Part shown: positions 1 through 13,761 of the stretch, in pieces
Position numbering within the stretch: position 1 is the first letter of the stretch
Layout: the number at the start of each line of letters is the position of its first letter
The notes under the pieces: model-generated
What the model was told of the DNA's origin: nothing
The model's input: only the letters and a program-made list of their open reading frames with translations
Databases searched by the model: none
Position numbers and translations under genes: made by a program
Assembly (NCBI RefSeq): GCF_009914755.1
Contig: NC_060926.1
DNA from: the human T2T-CHM13v2.0 reference genome, Homo sapiens
Length of the DNA stretch: 64,000 nt
Strand: one strand, 5' to 3'

Positions 1-364
1 CTCCTGCCTCAGGCTCCTGAGTAGCTGGGATTACAGGCGCATGCCACCATGCCCGGCTAATTTTTTTTTTTCTTTTTGAGACAGAGTCTCATCTCACCCC
101 TGTTGCCCAGGCTGGAATGCAATGGTGTGTTCTTGGCTCACTGTAACCTCCGCTTCCTGAATTCAAGCAATCCTCTGCCTCAGCTTCCCAAATAGCTGGG
201 ATTACAGGTGCCTCCCATCACATCCAGCTAATTTTTGTATTTTTAGTAGAGACGAGGTTTCACCATGTTGGCTAGGCTGGTCTCGAACTCCTGACCTCAG
301 GTGATCTGCCCGCCTAGGCCTCCCAAAGTGCTGGGATTACAGGCGTGAGCCACTGCACCTGGCC
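1..364 (-). mobile_element. Alu (partial copy plus adjacent full copy)
   Basis: Antisense Alu motifs (gctgggattacagg, ctcccaaagtgctgg) and a poly-T. Confidence 0.9.
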
Positions 365-369
365 CTGGT

Positions 370-1190
370 ATACAATTCTTTATCGTGCTTTTAGTGCATT
401 CACAATGTTGTGAAACCAACACCACTGTCTGATTCCAGGACATTCTCAATACCTCGAAAAGAAAAGAAACCCTGTACCCACAGCAGTCACTCCCTATTCC
501 CTCTCCACCCAAACCCTGGCAGCAACTAAATGACTTTTTGTCTATGGATTTATCTTTTCCGGATGTTTCATAACTGGAAACATACAACATGTGGACTTTG
601 GGGCCAGCTTCTTTCACTGAGCACAATGCTGTCAAGCTTCATCTGTGTTGTGGCATGAATCACTCCTCTCCAGGGCTGACTAATGAGCCACTGTATTGAA
701 AGAACCACATTTTGTTTATCCATTCATCAGTTGACAGGCATTTGGGTTGTTTCCACTTTTGGGCTATAATGAATAATGCTGTGATGAACATTCATATACA
801 AGGTTTTGTGCAAACATATATTTTCAATATTCTTGGGTCTATATCTAGGAGCAGAATTGCTGGGTCATTTAAGTCTAACACTTTGAGGAACAGCTAAACT
901 GTTTTCCTTGGTGGATCCACCATTTTGCATTCCTACTAGCAACATCTGAGGGTTCCAATGTCTCCACTTCCCTACCAGCACTTGTTATTATCTTTTTTAT
1001 TATAGCCATCCTAGTGGGTGTGAAGTGATGTCTTATTGTGGTTTTAATTTGCATTTCTCTAATGGCTAATGATGCCAAACGTCTTTTCTCATGGTTAATG
1101 GCCATTTGTATTTGGAGAAAAGTCAATTCAGATCCTTTGTACATTTAGAAAACAGGGTTGTTTGTCTTTTCCTTGTTTCCTTGGGTTATC
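370..1190 (-). mobile_element. Old L1 (L1M-type) 3' fragment
   Basis: Typical antisense L1 sequence (atagccatcctagtgggtgtgaagtg, ttttaatttgcatttctctaatg). Minus ORF contains REMQIKTTIRHHFTPTRMA, similar to the L1 ORF2 C-terminus. Confidence 0.85.
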
Positions 1191-1291
1191 AAGAGGACAA
1201 AATGGAAAGATGTGAGTGACATTTACAGCCCAAGTCCAGGCATGTGGTAAGCACCCACCGAATGCTTTGCACACATAAAAATCATGCTGGT

Positions 1292-1909
<618 letters not shown>

Positions 1910-2822
1910 TTATGAGCTAAAAGTGACTAGTGACATCTCAGAAGCAGAGGAGTACAGGACCCATCTGTGAAGAACATTCCATACAGAGGAGAGAGGAGAA
2001 TGAGGGCAGAGGATTGCTTAGGAAACTTCCTGGAGGCCTCTGGGGGATGCTGAGTTGTCACTTGAGGCCTCCTTGGAGGAAGCACTCAGAGAGATGGAAG
2101 CAGGAAGAGGACTGAGTGATGCCCCTGTGACGGAGGCTGCTGGGGACAGGGCTGGGAGCCTGGAAGCCAGCAGGAGGAAGGGATGGGGGCACAGAGGCAC
2201 ACAGAGTGAAACCAGGGGCAATGAACATGACATCAGGAAGAAAGGCAGGCATCTGAAGACCACTGGGCTCCAATTGAGGGGGTGGGTGCAGAGGGTACTG
2301 AAGTCCTGGGGCTGAGGACGATGGAAGGAGCACAGCATGTTCCATGACGGGGGTACTCAGGCTTGACAGGTGCGGCAGCACGTGGGGACCAGATTCTCTC
2401 CCCTGCTCACTTCAGGCTCCTGTTGTCCCCTTTCATTAGGAAAACACGATATTAACAAGTGCAGGCCCCTAACAGTTTGGGTTCAATACTTACTGTAAAC
2501 AACCCCACGGAGGGCTGTCCCCGAGAGATCATTTGGGACCTCCCCGGAGCAGAGAGGCTTGCTGGACCACACAGCTGTCAGTGGCAATGGAGAAACAAAT
2601 AGATCTGATAAACAGCAATGTCCTGTTCTTTAGAGTCACTTTAAAAAATGGTATTTATACAAAGCACAGAAAGTACAAAGCAAAAAGCAGAAAAGTAACC
2701 ACCCCATCACTGAGACACTAGAATAACCATTGTTAATTCACTGGTGTATCTTCTTCTTCTCTCTACCTCCCTGTATGTATGTAATTTCCATTTTGTATAT
2801 ACATGTATTACATGTATATGTA

Positions 2823-2973
2823 TAATTTTAGTCTGAGATTTCTAGCAGCATTAGCATTTTCCCATTTAGTTAGAATTTCTTCCTAAATATCATATTTTAA
2901 TTTTAGTCTGAGATTTCTAGCAGCATTAGCATTTTCCCATTTAGTTAGGTTTTCTTCCTAATGATCATATTTA
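2823..2973. repeat. 75-bp tandem duplication (2 copies)
   Basis: taattttagtctgagatttctagcagcattagcattttcccatttagttag is identical at 2823 and 2898. Confidence 0.95.
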
Positions 2974-3728
2974 ATGGATGTACAGGATTCTATTACATGA
3001 TGTGCGACACTTCATGAAATGATTCTTCTATTATCAGATATTTAAGTTATCAACAGCATTTTGTTGTTATAAATATGACTGATGAAGGTCTTTTGCAGAA
3101 ATGTTATAAACATGTCTGGTTATAGATTCCGAGGAGTGGAATTACTAGATCGAGGGACAGGAATGTTTTTAAGGCTCTTGATACAGAATGATACATTGCT
3201 TTCCAGAAATTTTTTTCCATATATGCACCAGTAAGCTGTACAAGAGAGTGCCCGCCTCATTCTAACCTTCCTATTCTGAATATTTTCATTTCAAAACACA
3301 ATACATTGCAAGGTGAAGGTGGTGAATGTTCATTTTGATTTGCATTTGATTGTGGTCACGTTGAGCTTATTTGATAGAGTTATTGACCCTCATAATCCCT
3401 CTTTCGTGAATGGTCTGTTCAATTCTCTTTGCCATTTTTCTATCGAAGCTATAGTTTTTCTGTTATCTACTTGCACAAGTTTATATCACACTTGTTGCAA
3501 ATATTTTCATTGTGATTTTCCTTTAAGTTTTATGATTTTTTTTTGACATTCAGGGACTGTAAATTTTTATATAGTGAAGTCTCTCAGTCTTTTCCTTTTT
3601 TCTCCCTTCGCTTTTCAATGCAGAGAATCCCTCTGCACACAGAAATTCACTTGTTTCTTCTTGTACAAGGCAGGTGGGTTATGACAGAGACTTTGGAGCT
3701 AATAGACTTGGGCTAAGGATTCAGCAGG

Positions 3729-4026
3729 TTTTTTTTTTTTTTTCGAGATGGTGTCTCTGTCTGTCACCCAGGCTGGAGTGCAATGGTGTGATCTTGGCTC
3801 ACTGCAAACTTCTGCCTCCCCAGTTCAAGTGATTCTTCTGCCTCAGTCTCCCGAGTAGCTGGGATTACAGGCTCCCGCCACCATGCCCAGCTAATTTTTG
3901 TATTTTTTAGTAGAGACGGGGTCTCACCATATTGGCCAGGCTGCTTTCAAACTCCTGACCTTGTGGTCCGCTCGCCTCGGCCTCCCAAAGTGCTGGGATT
4001 ACAGGCGTGAGCCACCGCGCCCGGCC
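3729..4026 (-). mobile_element. Alu inserted in a MIR
   Basis: Full antisense Alu; TSD aggat(t/c)cagcag. Confidence 0.93.
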
Positions 4027-4277
4027 AGGATCCAGCAGTTTATTTAATTCCACTGGGCCCTGGTTCCCCTTTCGAAAACCAGTGCTAAGAATACCTATGT
4101 GGTAATGTTGTGGGGCAGATTGGATGGAAAATATGTATCATGTTTTTAGCACAGTACTTGGTAAAAACAAATGAAGCAGTTATGGGTTTTTTACTTTTGT
4201 TTTTGTTTGTTTGTTTTACATTGAACCATTTAATCTCTCTGGAATTAATTTAACAAATGATGCAGGATACAGATTTA

Positions 4278-4597
4278 GGCTGGGCACAGTGGCTCACACC
4301 TGTAATTGCAGCACTTTGGGAGGCCGAGGCGGCCGGATCACCAGAGGTCAGGAGATCAAGACCATCCTGGCTAACATAGTGAAATCCTGTCTCTACTAAA
4401 GATACAAAAAAAATAAAAATAAAAATTAGCTTGCCGTGGTGGTGTGTGCCTATAGTTCCAGCTACCTGGGAGGCTGAGGTGGGAGAATTGTTAGAACCCA
4501 GGAGGCAGAGGTTGCAGTGAGCCAAGATTGTGCCTCTCTACACTCCAGCTTGGGCCACAGAGTGAGTCTCTGCCTCAAAAAAAGGAAAAAAAAAAAG
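4278..4597 (+). mobile_element. Alu
   Basis: Sense Alu with A-tail; TSD-like agattta. Confidence 0.93.
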
Positions 4598-6113
4598 ATT
4601 TATGTGTATTTTTCTCAGCTAATCATCTTTCCCAAAACCTCTTACTGAATAACATTCCTTTACCCTTTGGGGTTCCTCTTTTATCATATTTTAAGTCATA
4701 TATCTTTCTTTGTGTTTGTACTCTGTTCCATGTATATCTGCTTTTCTTTCCCCAATATCATAACAATTATACCACCTAATTTTATAAAATATTTTATTTT
4801 AGGTGATTTTCATATCTATTCTTCCAGGTGAACCAGCTAATAATATTGCCAAGTTGGAGAAAACTACTATTGGGACTTTGATTGGAATTGTACAAAATCC
4901 ATAATATAGCTGGTATAAATTGACATTTTGGTAATATTCAGTCTTAACAAATATGGTTGTCCCTGTTATTTTAAATTTTGTAATTTTCTTCATATAGATC
5001 CTGCATATTTATTGTTATAATTTCTTCTGATTATCTTATACTCTTATTACTATTGTGAATACATTTTCCCCTACATTTCATTATAACTGATAACATACAG
5101 GGAAGTTTTAGATTTTATAAATCCATCTTTTATTCTGTCACTTTACTCACTCCTCATTATTTCAAATTGTTTTTTGGTTGCTTCTCTGGGATTTTCTTGT
5201 TTGACTCTCATGTTTGACTCTCGTGTCATCTACAAATTACCATTGTTTTGTGGTGTACTTTCCAAATACTTATGACACTTATTCAGATTTCATAACTTAT
5301 TGCATGGGCCAGTATTTCTAAAACACTACAGTGGGGAATATTGGAAAAAGAAAACATCCACCTCAAGGAGACATACTGTGAGAATCGCTATGGACCACCT
5401 GGGAAGGGCATGGGATAGCCTCTGTCACCTAGTTACCACTTGATAAAAGGTAATTGTTGCTGTTTGTCATGTCCAAGAAGAAGCAGTCTTCTTCTAGTTT
5501 TAGAAAGAGTTCTGAAGGACTGAGTATTTAATTTTTATCAAATGCCTTTTTAATATCTATTGTGATGATTATATTATACCCCTTATTTCATTTACTGGTA
5601 AAATAATTTTATATATTTATATTTGGTTTATATATGTGAAACCATTTTGCATGATTACAATGAACTATTCTTGATACAATACTTTTTTATTGTACTCTGA
5701 AACTTATTTAGGGTTTTTATATATGTATTCATAGTTGAGGTTGATTTACCTGATTTTGGTTATGTTATGGTTTTAAGTCATGTATATTTTACAAAATATT
5801 CTGGAGGCATTTATGTAGCATAATTATTATCTGATTTTTGAAATACTTAAAAAAAGTTGGTAAAGCCACTTCTTCTCAATGCCATTTATACAGATAATTC
5901 TTTAATATTTACTTCAATTTATTCTTTAGTGTTGAATTGGTCTTGTTTTCTATTTCCTCCCATGTCACTTCTGTTAAGTTATACGTAATTTTCAGAGAAC
6001 AATCTATTTGTTGAGATTTTCAAAATTTCTGGCAAACAATCATGCATAGTTTTGTATAACTGTAAGTTTTCTCTTTTATTGTGGCTGTCTTCATTTTCTC
6101 ATTTCTAACTGTT

Positions 6114-7030
<917 letters not shown>

Positions 7031-8790
7031 TTAAATCTTTGTCTTTTCCTCTAGTACCACTTTCTTGAGTGTGTCTTTTTCCTCGTTCACTTTCTCCAAT
7101 CCATAGCTGCTATTTCCTGCCTCTGTCGTGTGTTAAATTCTGACTCTAAACGTCCCGGCTGTCCCTAATGGTCAGTTTCCTTTATCTCAGTTTGCTCATT
7201 TTTCACAATCAATCCCTCCAATTTCTGATATGCAGTGGTCTCTCGAATCTTCCTGAGTTCACAAATCAGACTTGTCCAGAATTTATTTTTATCAGTGATT
7301 CTATTTAAGATGGAAGTAACTCCCTGGAGTCCTTAGGAAAATGCCCTTTTCTGGATGGTGACATGTTTTCATAGGTCAGGTGATTTTTCTTTTCTGACAA
7401 AGAACTGTCGAGAACAATTGGATCAGATTTGTTCAGAGATGGGAGTGGGTTAAAACGACTGGCACTGGATGGGAGATGACAATTCAAGATCCAGCCGGTG
7501 GTGGGGCCAGAGATGAGGGTGTGGTGAGACACACAGAGGATGGGCTCCCTCCAAGGGTTGAGAGGGGGCGCCTCATACCTGGGTCTTGTCTTTGAGTAGC
7601 TGTCAGACGAGGAATAGCCCGCTGGACCCTCAAGCTGTTGTGGGGGTGCTCAGCCAGCTCCCAATAATACTCGGCCAGCCTCACCTCCATCTCTCACCTC
7701 CTGGCCAGCTGAGCCACCTGTTAATGCTTTCTCCCTTCTGGAGGGGTCCATGTTAGCAAGAAATGGCCTCTTTTCATTCATCAACTTTAGCTTTCTCTCT
7801 GGCTGTGATTCTTCAAGGTTTGGAGTGGCGAATGGTGAACAGTTTGTTTCCCAAGGTTGCCACACATTTTCTTGTCCTTCTACATTGGTGCAAATAGTTT
7901 TTTTTGTGTTTTTTTTTTGAACGCAGGGTTTCCAGCCCCCGTTCTCCTACCCCATCTTGTCCAGAAATCTGCAGAAACACAAGTCTTAAGAAAATGCAAA
8001 AACACAGACAAAAACATTAGAAATTAGAAATGATACGTAACAAGAGTCACAAAAGGATTTAAAAGCAATTACAGGAGCAGATCAGCAAAGCAAGATAGGA
8101 ACACAAAGAGGTTCTTGAATTTTATAGTTGGATTCTCTGTCTCTCTGTGGGTCTGTCCATGGTGAAGATGTTCCTGGGTCTGGCTGTCAGTGTTCATTTG
8201 GCTAGGAATGGCCACACAGAAATGCTAAGATTTATCTGAAAGAATCAAACACGATGATGTTTCTTCCTACTTCCACGGGCTTGTCCTCCCATATTAGAGT
8301 AGAACTTCTCGTACTACATCAGGGTTGACCTGGTCCAGAAATGCTCTTCTACTGAGAAGCACCTTCCTGCCTCTTCTTTGCCTCCACACTCAGCACAGGG
8401 TGGGCACCTGTCATCACCCAGCACCTGTGGGAGTCACATGGGAAATTTGCTGTAAGCCCCCCTTCATTTGGGAATGGAACAAATCTCATTTGTTAGCAGA
8501 AGGAAGTACTGTTGGGCCCAGTGCTATCCTAACCCAGATCTCCAATGGGAATAATCCTGATCTGATTACTCTGAAAGGTCATCCAGTCACTGGGAGGAGT
8601 CTCAGCTGAGAGCCAGTGTTAGCGTAACAAGGTGTTACCAAATCACCACAAAGAGCTGGGGAAGGGCTGGGCGGGACCCACTGCCCCTAAAGAGCAGTGA
8701 GCATGTTTTCCAGGTTATGTTCCAGGGCAGCAATTGCCAAACACTATTTAGTTGTAGAATCTTTGCTTTAAACATTTTGCATGCAAGATA

Positions 8791-8907
8791 TTGTGTGTGT
8801 GTGTGCATGTGTACATACACACATGCATGCATGCATGTTACATGTATACACATGTATGCATATGTTGTGTGTGCACATGTATATGTGTGTGTGTGTGTGT
8901 GTATATA
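8791..8907. repeat. Alternating purine-pyrimidine (TG/CA/TA) simple repeat
   Basis: tgtgtgtgtgtgtgcatgtgtacatacacacatgcatgcatgcatg...gtgtgtgtatata. Confidence 0.9.
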
Positions 8908-9819
8908 GGACCAGAGTGAAGTACAAACTGCTGGTGGGGTGGCAGGCCAAGTGAGCACCTTCCTCCACCGCTTGGCAGAGCCTCCACACCCGTGGAATAC
9001 AGTTTGGTACTACTGCTCACCCAACGACTTGTGTGTGGCGGGGCTGATGGGGTGTGTGTGGGGTGGTGCTGTATGTTTTCCCTTGAAGGTTGAAACTGAT
9101 TCAGCCCTGGGGGTCAGAATGTCCAGCCCTGTGCATTGGCTATGCAGGGTCATTAACATCTGCTGAGATGTTACTGTCTAAGGGGGAAGTATCTTCTTCC
9201 TGTTATACTAGCTTTTGAATTCTGATCTGTTTTGGTAACATGGAGCTGTTTCTTTGTTTCAGTGTTTCTAGAACATCTTTGAAAAAGCCATAAAGGTTTG
9301 TCTGCCACACTTGATTGAACCAAAAAGCCTTTCCTGTTCTGTGCGCCTGCCTCTGACTCTCCCTTCGTGATTATGTTCTTTCTCTCTGTCTACAGGCTGA
9401 TGTTTGGGCTGGCTGGAGCTCTTCCACAAGTCAGCTGCCCTCAGCCAAATAAGAGGCTGTTCTCACCCCTCACCTCATTTGCATACCTACAGGAGGAAGT
9501 GCCAAGGGAAGAGAGCATTGAAAAATAAGAGCACAGCAGAGTTGAGCTATCTCCACATTTGTCTGGCAGGCTCTGCAAAGGGGATTGAGGCCAGTGGTTC
9601 TCTGTGTCCCAGAGGTGTCCCTGGGAGATGTAGTGTCACTGGACTAGAGATTCATCCTTGCTATCTCTGATGCAAGACGATTGTATCAATTCAGGCTCTG
9701 GAGGTAGGACAGGGAGCAGAAGGATGGGGACTAAAGCCATGGAAGAAAGACAGAAAAATCACCTTTTCTATGTGAAGTGAAGAGACATGTGGAAGTGAAA
9801 TTACTCAAAATTCTTTTTA

Positions 9820-10640
9820 AGTACCCATGATGCAAAAGCCATAAAATAAAATATTGTAAAATTAGCCACATAAAATTGTAAAACATCTACACAGCTTTAA
9901 AAACAACCTGTTAAAAATAACTCCAAAATATATTGTAGCATATATCAGAGTCTTATTCATAACTAAGCAAAAAATGATACCAAAATAAGCGAGTCAAAGA
10001 CACAAAAGGGAATTCACAGAAAAAGAAATACAGATAACTAAACATGGGAACATGCTGAAGGACTTTTCTCATAAAGAAAGGCAAATTAAAGCAAGTTATC
10101 ATTCTCACCTCTCAGATTTGCAAAGATTAAAAGGTCTGATAACAGCCAGTTGGCAGGGTGTGGGGAAATAGACACATTCATATCCGGTTAGTAGGAGAAA
10201 AAAAAGGCCACAACTTCATTGGAAGACAGTTGGTACAGTTGGTAGTCTCTATCAAAATAGCAAATCTCCAGGTCATTTAGCCAGCTGTCACCTTCTAGTG
10301 ATTTACCTACAATCACTAATAAACGTCAACACGTGTACAGCACATGGTGAAACATGATGAAAATAGTAATAAACCATCTCTCACTTGGCTTGAGAAGACC
10401 TCTATGATCTTTTTTGGTGAAAAAAACAAATTTCAGAAAACGGTATACATAGTATGATATTATTGGCATCTAAAAAGATATGCATATATAATCTTGTGGG
10501 TATGTTTAAAATTTCTGAACTTACTTACAAACAGGAATAGGAAATCTAAGAAGAGGGGCTCATGGGAGTGGGGAAGGAGATGTTTATTTTTTATTTTATA
10601 TCTTTCTGTATGGATTTCATTTTTTAAAGTTAGTATATAT
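9820..10640 (+). mobile_element. Old L1 3' fragment
   Basis: A-rich sense L1-like motifs (aattcacagaaaagaaatacagat, gcaaagattaaaaggtctgataaca). Confidence 0.7.
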
Positions 10641-10662
10641 TTTAAAAAATCTAGTTAAACAG

Positions 10663-11197
<535 letters not shown>

Positions 11198-11949
11198 TCA
11201 GTGGAGTGCCTGTACCTGAGGGGGTGAGTGTGTGGAGCTTCTACACTGAGGCACTGGCTTCATTACAGAGGCTGGTCCTGTCTACAGGGCTCTACGGGCC
11301 AGGCGAGCCTTCCGGGCTCAGGAGAATCTTAAGTAGCAAAATGGGGCAAGATTATGGTGGGTGAGAACAGACCAGCAGCTTTAAGTAAGAGCCTAAGATC
11401 CAAATAGCTTTCCCTCGATCTCCTGACAGCCTTCTGGCCTCAGCAGCCGATGGATTCCATGGGTGTTAGCTGCTGCCAGGGTTTCAGCAGGCTGAGGGCC
11501 ACCGCAGTGTGCCCCTCTCCCAAGGTGCTAGCACTTGACAGCCCCCTTTTCCTCTCACAGGTTTTAGGAAAGTGAAAAGTACCTTCTCCTCCTCACATTA
11601 GAGATGACTGTGCCAAAGGAAGGTAGAGCTTCTAGAAAGAGAAGAGAATCTGGGATTCCTAGGACCTTCTTGTTAGAAACAACCCCAAGACTTGCTCTCC
11701 AGCTGCTGGGGCAAATCCAGGTCTCGGCAAGGCTGGTGGCCAACCCCTGGGAGATAATCCACGGGGCATAGTGTCCAAGAGGATGAAGCCATTTGGGGGT
11801 GGCAGGGAGCTCAGCGGGAACGAGGTGCTGAGTGATCCCTGCCCCTGACAGGTGGCCCCTCTGCGGCTGGGCCTGGCTTTCCATTCACCATGGGCCGCTC
11901 TGCTTGGGCCCACTGGAGTCGTGTTTCTTCTTCAAACACCCCCTCTTTT

Positions 11950-12261
11950 TTGTTGTTTTTTTGTTTTGTTTTGTTTTGTTTTGAGACGGAGTCTCACTCT
12001 GTCGCCAGGCTGGAGTGAAGTGGCACATTCTCGGCTCACTGCAACCTCCGCCTCCTGGGTTCAAGTGATTCTTTTGCCTCAGCCTCCCAAGTAGCTGGGA
12101 CTACAGGTGTGCGCCACCACGCCCAGCTAATTTTTGTATTTTTAGTAGAGATGGGATTTCACCATGTTGGCCAGGATGGTCTCAATCTCTTGACCTTGTG
12201 ATCCACCCATCTCAGCCTCCCAAAGTGCTGGGATTACAGGCGTGAGCCACCGTGCCTGGCC
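11950..12261 (-). mobile_element. AluS (Sc-like)
   Basis: Antisense Alu with (GTTTT)n tail. Confidence 0.93.
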
Positions 12262-12615
12262 TGCAAGCACCCACTCTTCCTCTATCTTCTTGGCAGCCGA
12301 GAGGTTAAGAAAGCCCCTCCATGTGGCAGACTCCTTTAGATCAGATCCTTTAGCTGCCGGGTCCCCACCTAAATGACCCCCCCCAACCTTTTCCTGGTGC
12401 TCCCTGAGTGCAGAAGCAGTGGGGGAATAAGAGTGCCTCAGCCCACGATTGCTGGACGTCAGGACTCACCTCCATCTTAAGAGAACGGTCAGCTCCGAAA
12501 TTCGGAGACTTTGTGTCCAGATTCCTCAAGCTGTGTCAGGAAGTCTTGTCTTTTCAGTTAAGAGGAAACCGGGTCTTCCTGCATGGGTTCTAATAAAGTC
12601 TTTGATCTATTTCAG

Positions 12616-12679
12616 GTATCGGAATTGCGTTTACACTTACAGAATTCTGCCCAATGAAGATGATAAATTCACTGTTCAG
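12616..12679 (+). CDS. INPP5D: INPP5D exon 2 (64 nt, phase 2 to 0), SH2 domain core: (L)YRNCVYTYRILPNEDDKFTVQ
   Basis: Acceptor tctatttcag ends at 12615; donor CAG|gtgagt at 12680. Peptide lies within ORF 12449..12694 and matches the SHIP1 SH2 domain. Confidence 0.97.
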
Positions 12680-13215
12680 GTGAGTCCTTTATAAACCTAG
12701 AAATCTGAACCTGACTTCAGCCGATACTGGCAGAGAAAGGGTGTAAACGATGAGGAAGGAAGTGCACGCGCAGGTAGCCGGACGTGAAGGCCTGGCTGAG
12801 CCTGGCTTCCTCCCAGGTGTCCATGGGGTGGCTTAGCTGGTAAACTGGGGCCCTCCAAGTGACCCTGCTCTGTGACATGACGGAGTTGCATGCCACAGGC
12901 TATTTGTGGTCCATAGGTGTGAAGAGGAAACGAAGGTGAAGCAGACTGTCCAGAGATGAAGGGAAAGGAGGGGCTGTGGCTTGGCCGACTGTTGTCTTCA
13001 GTCTCTCAAAGGAGAGAGAGGAAGTGGCTCAGGAGGGAAAGAAGGGAGGTGAACTTACAGGAGAACAGACCGTGTTTTCTGAGGGGCTGCGAGACTAGCA
13101 CAAAACAGTGCCTTTCCATTTGTAGAACTCTGTTCTGTCCGAGGCTGGTGCTCACTGCATCTGATTTCACCAAGCAAAGTCAAAATGTGCAAAACTTGCA
13201 GTTCATTTTTTAATA

Positions 13216-13568
<353 letters not shown>

Positions 13569-13711
13569 TAAGCACGGTTTACTAAAGGCTTTGTTTCGCC
13601 ACAAAATGTGACAACTGAGTGTGTGGAAGCCAGGAAAGCTATTGTTATCTGGCTACATGAAGAGCACATGGAGGTGGCAAGAAGGAAGGAGACAAAGTTT
13701 CCACATCCCGG

Positions 13712-13761
13712 GTGTGTGTGTGTGTGTGTGTGTGCACGTGACAGAGAGAGAGAGAGAGAGA
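13712..13761. repeat. Compound (GT)n/(AG)n microsatellite
   Basis: gtgtgt...gtgcacgtgacagagagag... Confidence 0.9.

Larger units (their letters stand above)
2960..6110 (-). mobile_element. Degenerate L1ME-like fragments interrupted by a MIR and Alus
   Basis: AT-rich antisense L1-like motifs (gagtggaattactagatc, ttgattggaattgtac, atgtgaaaccattttgcat). Boundaries approximate. Confidence 0.6.

Noticed and set aside
12611-12622. Exon 2 begins with GT (CAG|GTATCG), like a recursive-splice exon
   Set aside because: GTATCG is a poor donor, and the bases are fixed by Leu-Tyr-Arg coding.
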